Shown: positions 28,068-37,845 of the stretch, piece by piece
How the letters are laid out: the number at the start of each line of letters is the position of its first letter
Numbering within the stretch: the first letter of the stretch is position 1
Assembly: GCA_938005265.1 (NCBI GenBank)
Contig: CALLOA010000052.1
Location: 1,408 to 65,407, forward strand
Direction of reading: 5' to 3'
From: an uncultured Granulosicoccaceae bacterium
GTDB lineage: Bacteria; Pseudomonadota; Gammaproteobacteria; Granulosicoccales; Granulosicoccaceae
Length of the DNA: 64,000 nt
Program-made: the position numbers and the translations under genes
Notes under the pieces: model-generated
Databases searched by the model: none
What the model saw: only the letters and a program-made list of their open reading frames with translations
Told to the model about the DNA's origin: nothing

Positions 28068-29969
28068 TTACTTGAGTGGGTCAGCTCTACCAATATGCGG
28101 AACGAACACGAACCGCGAGCGCTTTTCGTCATACGCTTTGGTTATAAACGTCAATCGATCACCGGTAACAAAAACGGGAAGTTTTTGAAAACCGGATTTG
28201 TCGTCCAAAATAAGTTCCGAGTTGCGTTGTTCTGGACCAGCCTGAACTCCATCGACGCTGTAACGACAACCAAAGTGTTCAGACAAATCATCGGTATAGA
28301 GTTTAACGTCGGCGCCGAAACCGTTCACTGACACATAGATCTTCCCGCCCCGCATACCCATAATAACGCCTTGTCTTATCGGTCTTTCCACTAATTCCAA
28401 TGCCAGGTCCTGATAGAAATACTGTCGTATTGCGAGCAGTCGAGCCTCTTTTTCCAGCTTTTTTTGCAGTTTTCGAGAACGGTTTGAGCTTTCTATAATC
28501 TGCTCACGCAGTGTCGCATCGATTTGGCTTTCACTCGCTGCCGCAAGGTCCAGCGTCTCCAGTAGTTCTTTGTGGACGAAGATACCGACTATTTCCCTCA
28601 TGGGTGCTGAAAACCTGGCGTAATACTCAACGCCAAGTGCGTGATGAGGGCCCGGTTCATCGTCAAACAGAGAGGCTTGATTGGTTAGTAGAATCATGCG
28701 CTCAATAACCTGGCGCAACGCAGAATATTCCGTTTCCTGAGGTAAGAATTCAAGATACTCATCGAGCCTTTGGTCTGCTTTCCATCGCCATTGTGCTGTG
28801 AGATTACGTGTCCGGACCAGATTGTCTATGTCTTGCCTCAGTTGTGACAGTCTATTCTCGAGTGGAGCGCTGTGGATACGGAAAATTGATTGTAGTTCGG
28901 GATCCTTGTTCTGCTTTTCCCACAGCAAACGAGCACCTTCCATATTACACATCAAAGAAACCTGTTCATTGTAGCGTTCGCTGTCGTAGCGCTCTCGCTG
29001 GCTAATAACGAACCGTCCACTCTCATCGGTGCTCACAGCAGCTTCGCGGCGATCATAGCTGATAACATTTCGTCGTCGTGCTTCGCTAATCCGGCGTTGA
29101 CCCACTTGTTCTAGGAGTAGCAACGATTCGGCATAGACTTCACCAGCAAAGGCATGTTCGGCCTGTTTGCCTTCTCTGGCAAAGTCGATAAATTCCTGTA
29201 CCCCGGCGTAGGATAATTTTGCACGACTGTGAATAGTTGCACGTATTATTTGAGTACCGCCAAGACTGCCATCGGTATTGACTGTCATTTTGAAAACCAG
29301 TGCACGACGCCTGACATCAGGATTCAGGGAGATAAGATTTTCGGACAACTGTCTTGGTAGCATCGGCACAGCAGTGTCTGGTGCATAGTAGGTAACGGTA
29401 CGTTTCAGTGCTTCTTTGAAAAGTGCTGAACCTGGCCTCACATAATAGGACGCGTCCGCCAGCGCATAATGGACAATAATACGTGCCTCTTGATTGCTGT
29501 TAGCGTCCGGGTGGTTGGCGGGGGAATCGCTCGAGACATGAATGGCCTGATCAAGATCGCGTGAATCGGCATTGTCGATGGTTACAAACGGTAAATGAGT
29601 CAGATCATCCAGCGCGCTATCGTTGATTCCGGGAGAATCAAGCCAGGCATTGGCCTCGGCTTCACAGGCTGCCGGGAAGCAAGGATCAAGGCGAAATTTC
29701 TGCAGCAAACCGTAAATCGTTGCATCTGCGCTGCCCGATGTGGCTAGCAGTTGAATCAATGGCCTGGTCTTGAAATCATCAGGTAATTTAACAATATCCC
29801 CTTCACCGAGTGGCTGCCCCTTGGTGTCCTTGAGGCAGTTTACAGGTAGAGCCATCTCAAAATCACTGAACAAAGCGCTCACGGTAAAGCCTCGCTGTGC
29901 CCCGTCTGTATCACCGGGATTTGTGCGCAATTCACCGAGCCAACAATTCTGTTGCTGATCTTGTACCAT
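28068..29969 (-). CDS. RNase II/RNase R-family (RNB domain) protein
   Basis: 633 aa from ATG 29969. The ORF track extension to 30230 overlaps the RidA gene. It has RNB motif I TIDNADSRDLDQA and a C-terminal S1-like beta-rich segment. Confidence 0.8.
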   Translation of the reverse strand: MVQDQQQNCWLGELRTNPGDTDGAQRGFTVSALFSDFEMALPVNCLKDTKGQPLGEGDIVKLPDDFKTRPLIQLLATSGSADATIYGLLQKFRLDPCFPAACEAEANAWLDSPGINDSALDDLTHLPFVTIDNADSRDLDQAIHVSSDSPANHPDANSNQEARIIVHYALADASYYVRPGSALFKEALKRTVTYYAPDTAVPMLPRQLSENLISLNPDVRRRALVFKMTVNTDGSLGGTQIIRATIHSRAKLSYAGVQEFIDFAREGKQAEHAFAGEVYAESLLLLEQVGQRRISEARRRNVISYDRREAAVSTDESGRFVISQRERYDSERYNEQVSLMCNMEGARLLWEKQNKDPELQSIFRIHSAPLENRLSQLRQDIDNLVRTRNLTAQWRWKADQRLDEYLEFLPQETEYSALRQVIERMILLTNQASLFDDEPGPHHALGVEYYARFSAPMREIVGIFVHKELLETLDLAAASESQIDATLREQIIESSNRSRKLQKKLEKEARLLAIRQYFYQDLALELVERPIRQGVIMGMRGGKIYVSVNGFGADVKLYTDDLSEHFGCRYSVDGVQAGPEQRNSELILDDKSGFQKLPVFVTGDRLTFITKAYDEKRSRFVFVPHIGRADPLK

Positions 29970-30015
29970 TGGGTGATTATAAGATGATCTGCAAACACAA
30001 ACAGGAAAAATAGCT

Positions 30016-30366
30016 ATGTCAATTAAACGTATTAAAAGTGGCGAGCGTATGAGCCAGGCTGTTGTCCATGGAGGTATTGTCCAGACAGCAGGCCAGGTAG
30101 CACAGAACGCAAAAGGAGAATCTGTTGCAATACAGACACAAGATATTCTGCAGGAAATCGATGCCCTGCTTGCTGAGGCCGGCAGTGACAAGTCAAAATT
30201 GCTCACGGCAACCATATGGCTCAGCAACATTGATGATTTTGCCGAAATGAACAGTGTTTGGGATGCCTGGGTTTCACCCGGTAATGCGCCGACCCGCGCA
30301 TGTGTTGAATCGAAGCTTGCGGCCCCACATTTTACGGTTGAAATTGCGGTTTCAGCGGTAGCCTAG
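30016..30366 (+). CDS. RidA/YjgF-family protein
   Basis: 116 aa of typical YjgF/RidA length and pattern (...TIWLSNIDDFAEMNSVWDAWV...PTRACVES...VEIAV). Confidence 0.8.
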   Translation: MSIKRIKSGERMSQAVVHGGIVQTAGQVAQNAKGESVAIQTQDILQEIDALLAEAGSDKSKLLTATIWLSNIDDFAEMNSVWDAWVSPGNAPTRACVESKLAAPHFTVEIAVSAVA

Positions 30367-30394
30367 GTTTTCACTGTCAACACCGGAAATTACC

Positions 30395-31153
30395 ATGACC
30401 AGGTTGATTGAAAACATACCCTTCAATACCGACGGTGGCTTTGGGTCAAGTGCGCGGATCGGTCTGGTGGTGTTGGCATCTGACTACACAATCGAGCGTG
30501 AGTTTCGGCAAGTCTTTCAGTCGCCTGATGTCGAATTCTATACTGCCAGAATTGCCAATTCTCCTACCGTGACTCCGGAGACTTTGGCTGCCATGGAGGG
30601 TGGTATTGCCGGGGCTGTCGAATTGCTTTTGCCCGGTGACCAGCTGGATGTTGTGGCTTACTGCTGCACCTCAGCGACGGTGGTATTGAGTGAAAAAACG
30701 GTTTTTGAAAAAATCCGGTCTGTGCAGCCTGAGGCTGTGTGCACATCACCAGTGACGGCAGCCTTCGCCGCATTTGATGCTTTTTCTGCCAGGAATATTG
30801 CAGTGTTAACGCCTTACCGTAGTGATGTTAACCGGAAACTGATTAACTACTTCACGGCTGCTGGCTATACTCTGCCGGTTTTTGGTTCGTTCAATGAACC
30901 ACAGGACCCTGTGGTGGCAAGTATTGATAGTGCCAGTTTGGAAAAAGCGGCAGAGCGACTACTTGGTGAGGAACAGGTTGATATGTTGTTTGTGTCGTGT
31001 ACCAGTATTCGTTTAATGGATGCGGTGTGTGAGCTTGAGCAAAAGTTCGGTATCCCGGTGACTTCATCCAATCACGCGATGGCCTGGCACAGCATGAGGT
31101 TGGCCGGTGTCGATGAGCTACGGCCACAGCTTGGAAGTTTGTTTGCGATCTGA
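30395..31153 (+). CDS. Asp/Glu/hydantoin-racemase superfamily protein (maleate isomerase / arylmalonate decarboxylase-like)
   Basis: 252 aa with two catalytic-type Cys segments, YCCTSATV and FVSCTSIRL, about 115 aa apart. Confidence 0.7.
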   Translation: MTRLIENIPFNTDGGFGSSARIGLVVLASDYTIEREFRQVFQSPDVEFYTARIANSPTVTPETLAAMEGGIAGAVELLLPGDQLDVVAYCCTSATVVLSEKTVFEKIRSVQPEAVCTSPVTAAFAAFDAFSARNIAVLTPYRSDVNRKLINYFTAAGYTLPVFGSFNEPQDPVVASIDSASLEKAAERLLGEEQVDMLFVSCTSIRLMDAVCELEQKFGIPVTSSNHAMAWHSMRLAGVDELRPQLGSLFAI

Positions 31154-31197
31154 TTAGGTGCTTCTAGCTAAGCGTTCTGACTACAGCAGAAGGCCTG

Positions 31198-32394
31198 CTA
31201 GAGACGGTGGCACTCAAAATCGCTGATCGAAGGCTGTGCTGCTGTGACCCAAAGCTCACCTTGCGACAGGTTCATCGCAGCGGCGAATACTGTTTCGATA
31301 CGCGCACCCTCTGGCAGACTTTTATCTGCAAACCGGCAGATAGATTCTTCACCGCTACTGGTATCAGATAATAGCGTTTTGATATCCGACAGATTTTGTA
31401 ATTGCCTGATCTTTGCATTGGCTGCATCAAGGCGCGCCTGTGTCGATAAGTTGCCTGTCAATCCTGCGTCCTGCCCAGCAAGCTCACTATGCAGAAAGTG
31501 GTTCGTGTGACATAGCCAATGATGACGCCCGGTGGGTTTGTCAGGCTCCTTATTATTGGCTGATTCGGTTGATTCCGGCGGAGTGGTGTCTGAATGCAGG
31601 ATTCTGGCACCTGTTGGGCTTACTTCAATCGACACAATATGGCCCTCCTTGTCCGCAATCAAGATATTGCTGGAGCTTGAAAATCTGAGCGATTGTGCCA
31701 GCTCGCAAGCGTGCTCGACAGATTCGCAATCGAGTAGTGCACGCAGAAAAATATGGACCGGCATACCCGTTTGATTGCCGTCCAGTTGTGAACGCAATAT
31801 ATTTAAAGTGATGCCCAAACCGTGTTTGTTGACACCAATTTTTGCCAGCATTCCTGCTTCGGTTGCAGTTATCCACCCAGGGTTCCGGTTCTGTTCAGCA
31901 GTGGCTCGAATAACAATCAACGCATTTCGTTGTGTGCCTAGCCAGTCCCAGTTTTGTGCGAGCCAGACAGTTTTCTTGTCAGTTGTTGAGGTTGCCGGTT
32001 TTGCAAAAGCCAGCGATGTGCACTCATTGATATATTGCGTTTGAGATTTTTCCGGGTCTGGCCCTGTTGCTTTGGCGAGGTAGTCGGCAGGGAGAATTTC
32101 TGTTCTGGTATTTAATGCAGCGATCGATGCAATATCTGTGTTGGACCCGTTGGCAATACCTTCCATCTCTTCAATCACAGAAGGGCAATAGCGATTTGCG
32201 TAGTCGATGCAAGGCAGTGCTTTATCGCAGGCTTGTTGCCAGCTGATGTCACAGGTGTTGAACATATTGCGATAGTTGTGCAGTGAAAGTGCAATCGATT
32301 CACCTGCTAAATAGCCAATTTGTCGGCCGCGTTCGGATTCATTGCCGCTTACATCTATTGATCGTATGGGGCTGTAGTTATTGTGCTCGCTCAT
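31198..32394 (-). CDS. Peptidase C45 family acyl-CoA:6-APA acyltransferase-like protein
   Basis: 398 aa. The putative N-terminal-nucleophile Cys at aa 125 (YINECTSLAF) is preceded by a propeptide-length segment, followed by AQNWDW. Confidence 0.65.
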   Translation of the reverse strand: MSEHNNYSPIRSIDVSGNESERGRQIGYLAGESIALSLHNYRNMFNTCDISWQQACDKALPCIDYANRYCPSVIEEMEGIANGSNTDIASIAALNTRTEILPADYLAKATGPDPEKSQTQYINECTSLAFAKPATSTTDKKTVWLAQNWDWLGTQRNALIVIRATAEQNRNPGWITATEAGMLAKIGVNKHGLGITLNILRSQLDGNQTGMPVHIFLRALLDCESVEHACELAQSLRFSSSSNILIADKEGHIVSIEVSPTGARILHSDTTPPESTESANNKEPDKPTGRHHWLCHTNHFLHSELAGQDAGLTGNLSTQARLDAANAKIRQLQNLSDIKTLLSDTSSGEESICRFADKSLPEGARIETVFAAAMNLSQGELWVTAAQPSISDFECHRL

Positions 32395-32428
32395 TTACGG
32401 TCTCGCAGCTATTGTGTGCTGCAGTCTG

Positions 32429-33430
32429 TCATGCAGGGCGGGTTGCGAGCCGGTCACGCTCAGAATCAGCGTCGGCCATTCTGTCATCGTTATACCGATT
32501 ACCGGCTATCGTTTTTTCATTGATGAGTGTGTCCAGTTCATCAATCGTACTCTGCTCAAGTTGAATGTCAGCAGCTTTGGCATTTTCGATCAGGTGCTGC
32601 ATTTTAGTCGTGCCCGGTATCGGCACCATTGAACCGTTTCGTTGCGCCAGCAACCATGCGAGTGATAATTGTGCAGGTGTACATTCAAGCTTTGCAGCCA
32701 CCTGTTTGAACTTGTCCAGAATCTTATTGTTGCTGTGAAAGTTGCTGCCTTCAAAGCGGGGGTGAGCAATAGTTCTACGCAAGTCCTTCTCACCCAGTAC
32801 AGCCAGTTCACTTGCAGACCCTGCCAGAAAACCCCTGCCTAAGGGGCAAAATGGCACAAAAGTAACATCGTGTGCATCGCAAATGTCCAACACTCCAAAC
32901 TCGGGGGTACGCGACCACAACGAGTACTCGGATTGCAATGCGGCAACCGGAGCTTCATCGAGTGCTGCCATGAGATTTTTGGAAGAAACTTCGGACAGAC
33001 CCAGCGCCCTGATTTTTCCTGCGTCTATTAGTTGCTGCAATGCGCCAACGCTTTCGGCAATAGGCACCTTGGGGTCCACCCGATGGAGGTAGTAGAGGTC
33101 TATGTAGTCTGTATCCAGCCGCTTTAAACTTGCGTCACATTGCGCATGAATAGTGGCTGGCCTGCCGTCTATTCCATTGCTGTCCAGCCCGCACTTACTG
33201 GCTATAACTGCTTGGTTACGTACAGACTTCAAAGCTTGGCCGAGCAGGGTTTCACTATGGCCGGATCCGTATAACGTTGCTGTGTCAAAAAAGTCGTAAC
33301 CTGTTGATATTGACTGCCTTAGCATAGTCAGAGAATCAGCATCATTGGCCTTTGCATAACCAGCCGATATATTCATACACCCAAGCCCGACTGGTTGTAC
33401 ATTAAGAGGGCCTATAGTTCTGGTAATCAC
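32429..33430 (-). CDS. Aldo/keto reductase
   Basis: 333 aa with a GTG start. Motifs are FFDTATLYG, LDTDYIDLYYLHRVDP and IPGTTKMQHLIEN. Confidence 0.9.
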   Translation of the reverse strand: MITRTIGPLNVQPVGLGCMNISAGYAKANDADSLTMLRQSISTGYDFFDTATLYGSGHSETLLGQALKSVRNQAVIASKCGLDSNGIDGRPATIHAQCDASLKRLDTDYIDLYYLHRVDPKVPIAESVGALQQLIDAGKIRALGLSEVSSKNLMAALDEAPVAALQSEYSLWSRTPEFGVLDICDAHDVTFVPFCPLGRGFLAGSASELAVLGEKDLRRTIAHPRFEGSNFHSNNKILDKFKQVAAKLECTPAQLSLAWLLAQRNGSMVPIPGTTKMQHLIENAKAADIQLEQSTIDELDTLINEKTIAGNRYNDDRMADADSERDRLATRPA

Positions 33431-33835
33431 AATTTGCTCCTTTTTAGCGCAGTTTTATTTAATGGAATAATGGTTTTTTGTTTGAGCAGAGCGTGACGCA
33501 ATTTGTATTTCCTGGATTATATTGACCATAGTTGCACACCAGAAGAAGCAGGGCAATGTTGAAATAGCAATGCTTTGCATCGATCAAAACATCCCATTGG
33601 CACACTATTTTTTAATCCGACTGTCGTTACTTTGCGTATTGTTCTATATTAAAGGCAAGAAAGATGGCCTTGCTACAGTGACTGTAATAGCCGATCTTAA
33701 AGTCCCCCTTAGATAGAGAAATCTATAGAGAAATCTGCTGATTTGTTGCTTTTATCCATGGGCAGGCGTGCATGGAGAATTAAAAGTTCAGAAGACGCAG
33801 AAAGGGAAATTGTTCTGAAACAGGAGTGATCTGGT

Positions 33836-34297
33836 ATGAGTAGAATTGGTACCAGCGGCGACAAGGTGTTGTCGTTGTTTGAACCATTCGACGATGAGTG
33901 GAAAAGTGCTACTCGTTCAATTCGTATCGATGGCACCGTCACAAGCGTGAGGCTGGAGAATTTTTATTGGAGAATCTTGGCAGAAATTGCCGAGCAGCTG
34001 GGAATGCAGGTTCCGCAAGTCATGACATATCTTGCGAAAGCAGCCAAGTCGGGCGAGACCCAACACACAAACTTTACTTCCTTTGTCAGAGTATGTTGCG
34101 GGCGTTACCTTGACCGCCGCAACGAGGGTGCCAACGCTCAGTCAGAAAGCAACGAGGCAAGTGGCGACGCAGCAAAACTTCAACTTGTCGAAGACAACGC
34201 AGGTGATCAGACATCTGCGGACAGTGGCCAAAGTGAAAAAAGCGCACAGGAGCGCGCAACCGTTGATGATGTGACTTCTTCTGATGACGCTGGTTAG
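33836..34297 (+). CDS. Ribbon-helix-helix (RHH_4-type) protein with acidic/Ser-rich tail
   Basis: 153 aa with a CAGGAG Shine-Dalgarno upstream. SVRLENFYWRILAEIAEQLGMQVPQVMTYL...FTSFVRVCCGRYL matches the RHH_4 pattern. Confidence 0.6.
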   Translation: MSRIGTSGDKVLSLFEPFDDEWKSATRSIRIDGTVTSVRLENFYWRILAEIAEQLGMQVPQVMTYLAKAAKSGETQHTNFTSFVRVCCGRYLDRRNEGANAQSESNEASGDAAKLQLVEDNAGDQTSADSGQSEKSAQERATVDDVTSSDDAG

Positions 34298-34301
34298 GCA
34301 G

Positions 34302-34346
34302 ACGCTTGCAAGTAAAACGCTTGTTAGTAAACGTTTGTTAGTAAAA
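34302..34346. repeat. About 15-bp tandem repeat x3 (ACGCTTGyyAGTAAA)
   Basis: ACGCTTGCAAGTAAA ACGCTTGTTAGTAAA CGTTTGTTAGTAAAA begins 5 nt after the RHH gene stop. Confidence 0.85.
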
Positions 34347-34482
34347 GTAAAGGTACATGATTTTGCCGTCTATTCGAGACACAATAGCGTGATCAGTGCT
34401 ATGTAATGCCATCCCATCGTTACCGCCAAGTATGCTCATAAGCAAAGTGAACATCATTTTGTTGGGCTGGGGCTTTAAGCAT

Positions 34483-34701
34483 CTAGGCTTTTCCGGCAAG
34501 CCGTAATGCCATGTAGATAACGCTGCATAGTATCAATCCGATACTCCAGCAAATTAGCCACAATTTTCGCCCCTTCAATCCTGCATACAATAATATTACA
34601 CCGATAAACAGGGACAAGCTCGCTGAGAACACCAATGCAGCGTGCATACTTTGCGTGTATGGATTCTCAGGGTCGGGTACGCTCCCTTCGCGATATCTCA
34701 C
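34483..34701 (-). CDS. Small two-TM membrane protein, translationally coupled to the Rieske oxygenase
   Basis: 72 aa. Its GTG start overlaps the Rieske gene stop (GTGA at 34698-34701). It has two hydrophobic helices. Confidence 0.5.
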   Translation of the reverse strand: MRYREGSVPDPENPYTQSMHAALVFSASLSLFIGVILLYAGLKGRKLWLICWSIGLILCSVIYMALRLAGKA

Positions 34702-35897
34702 TCAACGGCCTTCGCTAGCTTTTGGGCTACCCACTTATGAAAATGGTGAGTGGGTGCGTCCATAACCGGAGAGAATGCACCGCCAGTGAAGGCAGGTGAA
34801 GCACGCCCGGCCTGCATGCGCTCTACTGCAAAAATATCTTCTTCAAAAACACTTTTCCAGCTATCACGAATCTGTTGGCGATGAGGTTTGAATTCTTCTT
34901 TTGTAGCGCCCTCGCCAACGTAAAAAATGCGTACATGTTCAACAGTGGTATGCTGATCGATTGGTTGCAGATACTGGATGAACAATTGATCTGCATGTAC
35001 TCCTAAAAATGTATTAGGGTAGAGTACCGGGTATTCTGCAAGGTTGATCTTGTCTTGCGCCCATTCAGCAATTGTAGGTAATTGTTTCCCGTTGATGTCG
35101 ATCCTGCTGTAGTTCAGGCTGCCTTGACCGGAGCTATTGCTACACATCTCAAGGTAATAGTGCTGATCAAGTGGTGATACTTTATTCAGCTCGGGGTGCA
35201 CCGATGGGAGATGATACGATTCCAGATAGTTCTCGACTGCGAGCTTCCAGTTGGATTTCACTGTCAGTGTAACAACACTTTCATTTTCTGAAAGCTGGAA
35301 ATTTTCAAGACTTTCTGGTTTTAACAATCTGGACCAACTGCCCAAAATGCTGTCTGCATAAGTTTCAAATTCAGCCGCATCATCTGAGAGATTTACAAAT
35401 AAAGCACCGAGCCAAACCGTTGATCGTATTTCACGTAAGCCGTTTTCTCTATTGTCGAAATCGCAGTGAGTGTGTATTCCATAGCCACCAATATTCGGTG
35501 TAGCTTTGAGTTTGCCATCCAGCCCATAGGTCCAACTGTGGTACGGGCACTTGACCGCACCGTTGTTGGAACCCGGAACGTCTACCAGCTGCATACCGCG
35601 GTGACTGCATACATTATGAAAGACCCGGTATTCATCCTCTGAACTACGGGTTAGCAGTATCGGTAGCCCCATAAAATTTATCGGGTGCACATAGTTAGGT
35701 TCTGGCAGCTGATCAATAAAACCAATGCACGCCCAGTGAGGCGCTATGACATGGTCACGATCCATCTCGAAAGAGCGGTGGCTGACGTAATGTTGATTGG
35801 GTAGGCCTGTGGCTTCAGCGATTGGCAAATCAACACGTGCCAGCACCTGTGTGTTTTCACTGGACTCAGGTTGAGTTAAGTCGGGTCTTCGATTCAT
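34698..35897 (-). CDS. Rieske [2Fe-2S] non-heme-iron oxygenase, alpha subunit
   Basis: 399 aa with the Rieske motif CSHRGMQL...CPYHSWTY and a C-terminal catalytic domain (ENYLESYHLPSVHPEL). Confidence 0.85.
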   Translation of the reverse strand: MNRRPDLTQPESSENTQVLARVDLPIAEATGLPNQHYVSHRSFEMDRDHVIAPHWACIGFIDQLPEPNYVHPINFMGLPILLTRSSEDEYRVFHNVCSHRGMQLVDVPGSNNGAVKCPYHSWTYGLDGKLKATPNIGGYGIHTHCDFDNRENGLREIRSTVWLGALFVNLSDDAAEFETYADSILGSWSRLLKPESLENFQLSENESVVTLTVKSNWKLAVENYLESYHLPSVHPELNKVSPLDQHYYLEMCSNSSGQGSLNYSRIDINGKQLPTIAEWAQDKINLAEYPVLYPNTFLGVHADQLFIQYLQPIDQHTTVEHVRIFYVGEGATKEEFKPHRQQIRDSWKSVFEEDIFAVERMQAGRASPAFTGGAFSPVMDAPTHHFHKWVAQKLAKAVE

Positions 35898-36099
35898 TGC
35901 CGTGTTGCCTTTGAAATTGGTGAACTGCTTGAGATAATAGTCCCCAAATTCTCGAATCTATGCAAGCCCATGGTTCTGGATAGTCGCAGCTGTATACGAT
36001 TCTGTTGAGCTTTGTCAGGAATTTCAGGTAATAAGCCCCGCGTCCAAACCGGGTGGAATCGGGGCAGTTAAAAATACACAGTCTGTCTGGTAGTTTAAA

Positions 36100-37806
36100 T
36101 CAGATAGATTTTGCGAGAGTTTCCGAATCAACGAATGCTTCCAAAGCACTCATTAGTGATTGAGCCAGCTCGTTGCGGTAATCTTCTATGCGCAGTCGAT
36201 TTTCTTCCTGTGGATTGCTCAGGCACGTCAATTCGACCAGCGCACCCGGTATGCCACTTTGGTCCAGTAGATACAGCCGTTCCTTTTTGACTCCAGCATC
36301 TATCGCCAGTGGATTGCGGTTTTGAACTGCGCTGAAAACGCTTGACTGGAGATGCCTGGCAAGCTTGCGGGAAATTTTGTTTCTTTCGGATGGGCCTAAA
36401 GTGGGCTGATCTTGCGCCGCCAGCGAAGTGGCTTCAGCCATTTGTTTTTCAGGACTGCTTGTACTGGTAAAGCCAGCTGGTGCATTGGCATCGGTATAGT
36501 AAGTTTCTACCAGAGTTATATCACCTTCTGGCAGGGAATTAAAATGGAGTGATATAAGCAAGTCTGCATTGGTGCTTTTGACACTTTCGACCCTTGCGGT
36601 GCGCGATAAACCGTAAGTATCGTTTCTGTTCAGAACGACTTTGATATCACTGTGTAATTCTGAAAGCGTTTGGAGTCTTTTTGCCATATCCAGAGTCAGA
36701 TCTTTTTCAAGCAGGCCCAGCTTGCCTATTGTTCCCGGGTCTACACCACCATGACCGGCATCGATGACGACTACAACAGGTTGAACAACGTCATAAGCCA
36801 GCAAACCCGGCAGATTCTTTTTGTACACACCTGCTGCTGCTGTACCTTTTCCATCCGGATTGGCCTGAGCAATGGAGGATTTCTCCGAAGTAGCTTGGGT
36901 TTCGCTAGTCGTTAGTACACCATAAAAATTAACGTCTGCTAATGGTGTCAGATTTTCGACTGTCAGCTCGTATAAATCAAAGGAGTAACCCGGATTGCTG
37001 GTACTTTTGATAGCTGAGACGAAAGTCTTACTGGAGAGCAGGTTGTCTGCATCCGGTGTGGAATCCAGTCTCTGTTTGTCAGGATGTAGACTATCGCTGG
37101 TTTCCCAAGCCAGCAAAGCTGTATTCGACCCAGCACTATTATTTGCTTGCACTGTAGCCGGACTGCTTGTTTTTGGGGCTGTGGTCGCAGAATCTGTGAC
37201 GGTTTCAGTTTTATCTGCAACAACATTGTCTGCAACAAATTTAAGTTTGCTGTTGATCGCAGCCAGACCGGGAGCCGAAATCGTTGTGTCGTACTGTGCT
37301 GCTGGCTGACTATCCTGTGGCTGTTCTTCAAGTGGAAAATACTTTGTATTTACTATCGTGTAGCTAACTCCGGTGATCGGATCCTGTTGTGGTTGAGATT
37401 GCCTGGCAGTCTCATTTTTTCCTGACGACGAAGAAAGATCATGCAGAGTAAGGAACAGTGGATTGGATGCCTTTACGGGATCCTCTATTTTGACGGTAAG
37501 CATATGCATTTCAGGCAGCAAAGCCTTGCTCAGTCTACTGCTCAAGTCAGTAGATCTTTGCAACAGGTCTGTGTGATTCAGGAGCCAGTTGTTGGTAACG
37601 TTGTCCTTGTTATTTAAAACCATCTGCAGCGGAGATACCGGAGTACCCTGCAGTTGTCGGCTGGTAACCAATGCAACGGTTTGAGCTAGTGTGAGGTAGA
37701 AAAGAACACAGTAGGCTAAGGAGCTACGCAAGGGACGGAAAGCCTTGAATCTTTCATACCCGATACAATGTTTGTTGCCGCTAAGGCTGTTGTAGTTTAG
37801 ATTCAC
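36100..37806 (-). CDS. N-acetylmuramoyl-L-alanine amidase (Amidase_3) with long low-complexity N-terminal region
   Basis: 568 aa with a GTG start. It has an N-terminal signal anchor and about 330 aa of S/T/Q-rich sequence. The amidase domain follows (VVVIDAGHGGVDPGTIG, ADLLISLHFNS). Confidence 0.8.
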   Translation of the reverse strand: MNLNYNSLSGNKHCIGYERFKAFRPLRSSLAYCVLFYLTLAQTVALVTSRQLQGTPVSPLQMVLNNKDNVTNNWLLNHTDLLQRSTDLSSRLSKALLPEMHMLTVKIEDPVKASNPLFLTLHDLSSSSGKNETARQSQPQQDPITGVSYTIVNTKYFPLEEQPQDSQPAAQYDTTISAPGLAAINSKLKFVADNVVADKTETVTDSATTAPKTSSPATVQANNSAGSNTALLAWETSDSLHPDKQRLDSTPDADNLLSSKTFVSAIKSTSNPGYSFDLYELTVENLTPLADVNFYGVLTTSETQATSEKSSIAQANPDGKGTAAAGVYKKNLPGLLAYDVVQPVVVVIDAGHGGVDPGTIGKLGLLEKDLTLDMAKRLQTLSELHSDIKVVLNRNDTYGLSRTARVESVKSTNADLLISLHFNSLPEGDITLVETYYTDANAPAGFTSTSSPEKQMAEATSLAAQDQPTLGPSERNKISRKLARHLQSSVFSAVQNRNPLAIDAGVKKERLYLLDQSGIPGALVELTCLSNPQEENRLRIEDYRNELAQSLMSALEAFVDSETLAKSI

Positions 37807-37816
37807 GCCTGCTTTT

Positions 37817-37845
37817 TCTATGTGAAAGTTAATCTATGTGAAAGT
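37817..37845. repeat. 16-bp-period tandem duplication (TCTATGTGAAAGT x2)
   Basis: TCTATGTGAAAGTtaaTCTATGTGAAAGT starts 11 nt upstream of the amidase start codon, on the amidase leader side. Confidence 0.85.

Noticed and set aside
29970-30230. 87-codon N-terminal extension of the RNB-protein ORF (the track gives 28068-30230, 720 aa)
   Set aside because: The extension is Cys/Trp-rich and low in plausibility. It overlaps the well-supported RidA gene (30016-30366) on the other strand. The RNB-type sequence begins only after Met88 (ATG 29969).
34326-34341. AGTAAACGTTTGTTAG as a PurR-like palindrome
   Set aside because: Only the central AAACGTTTG matches, and the flanking GC/GC positions do not. 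The sequence is generated by the junction of two tandem repeat units.
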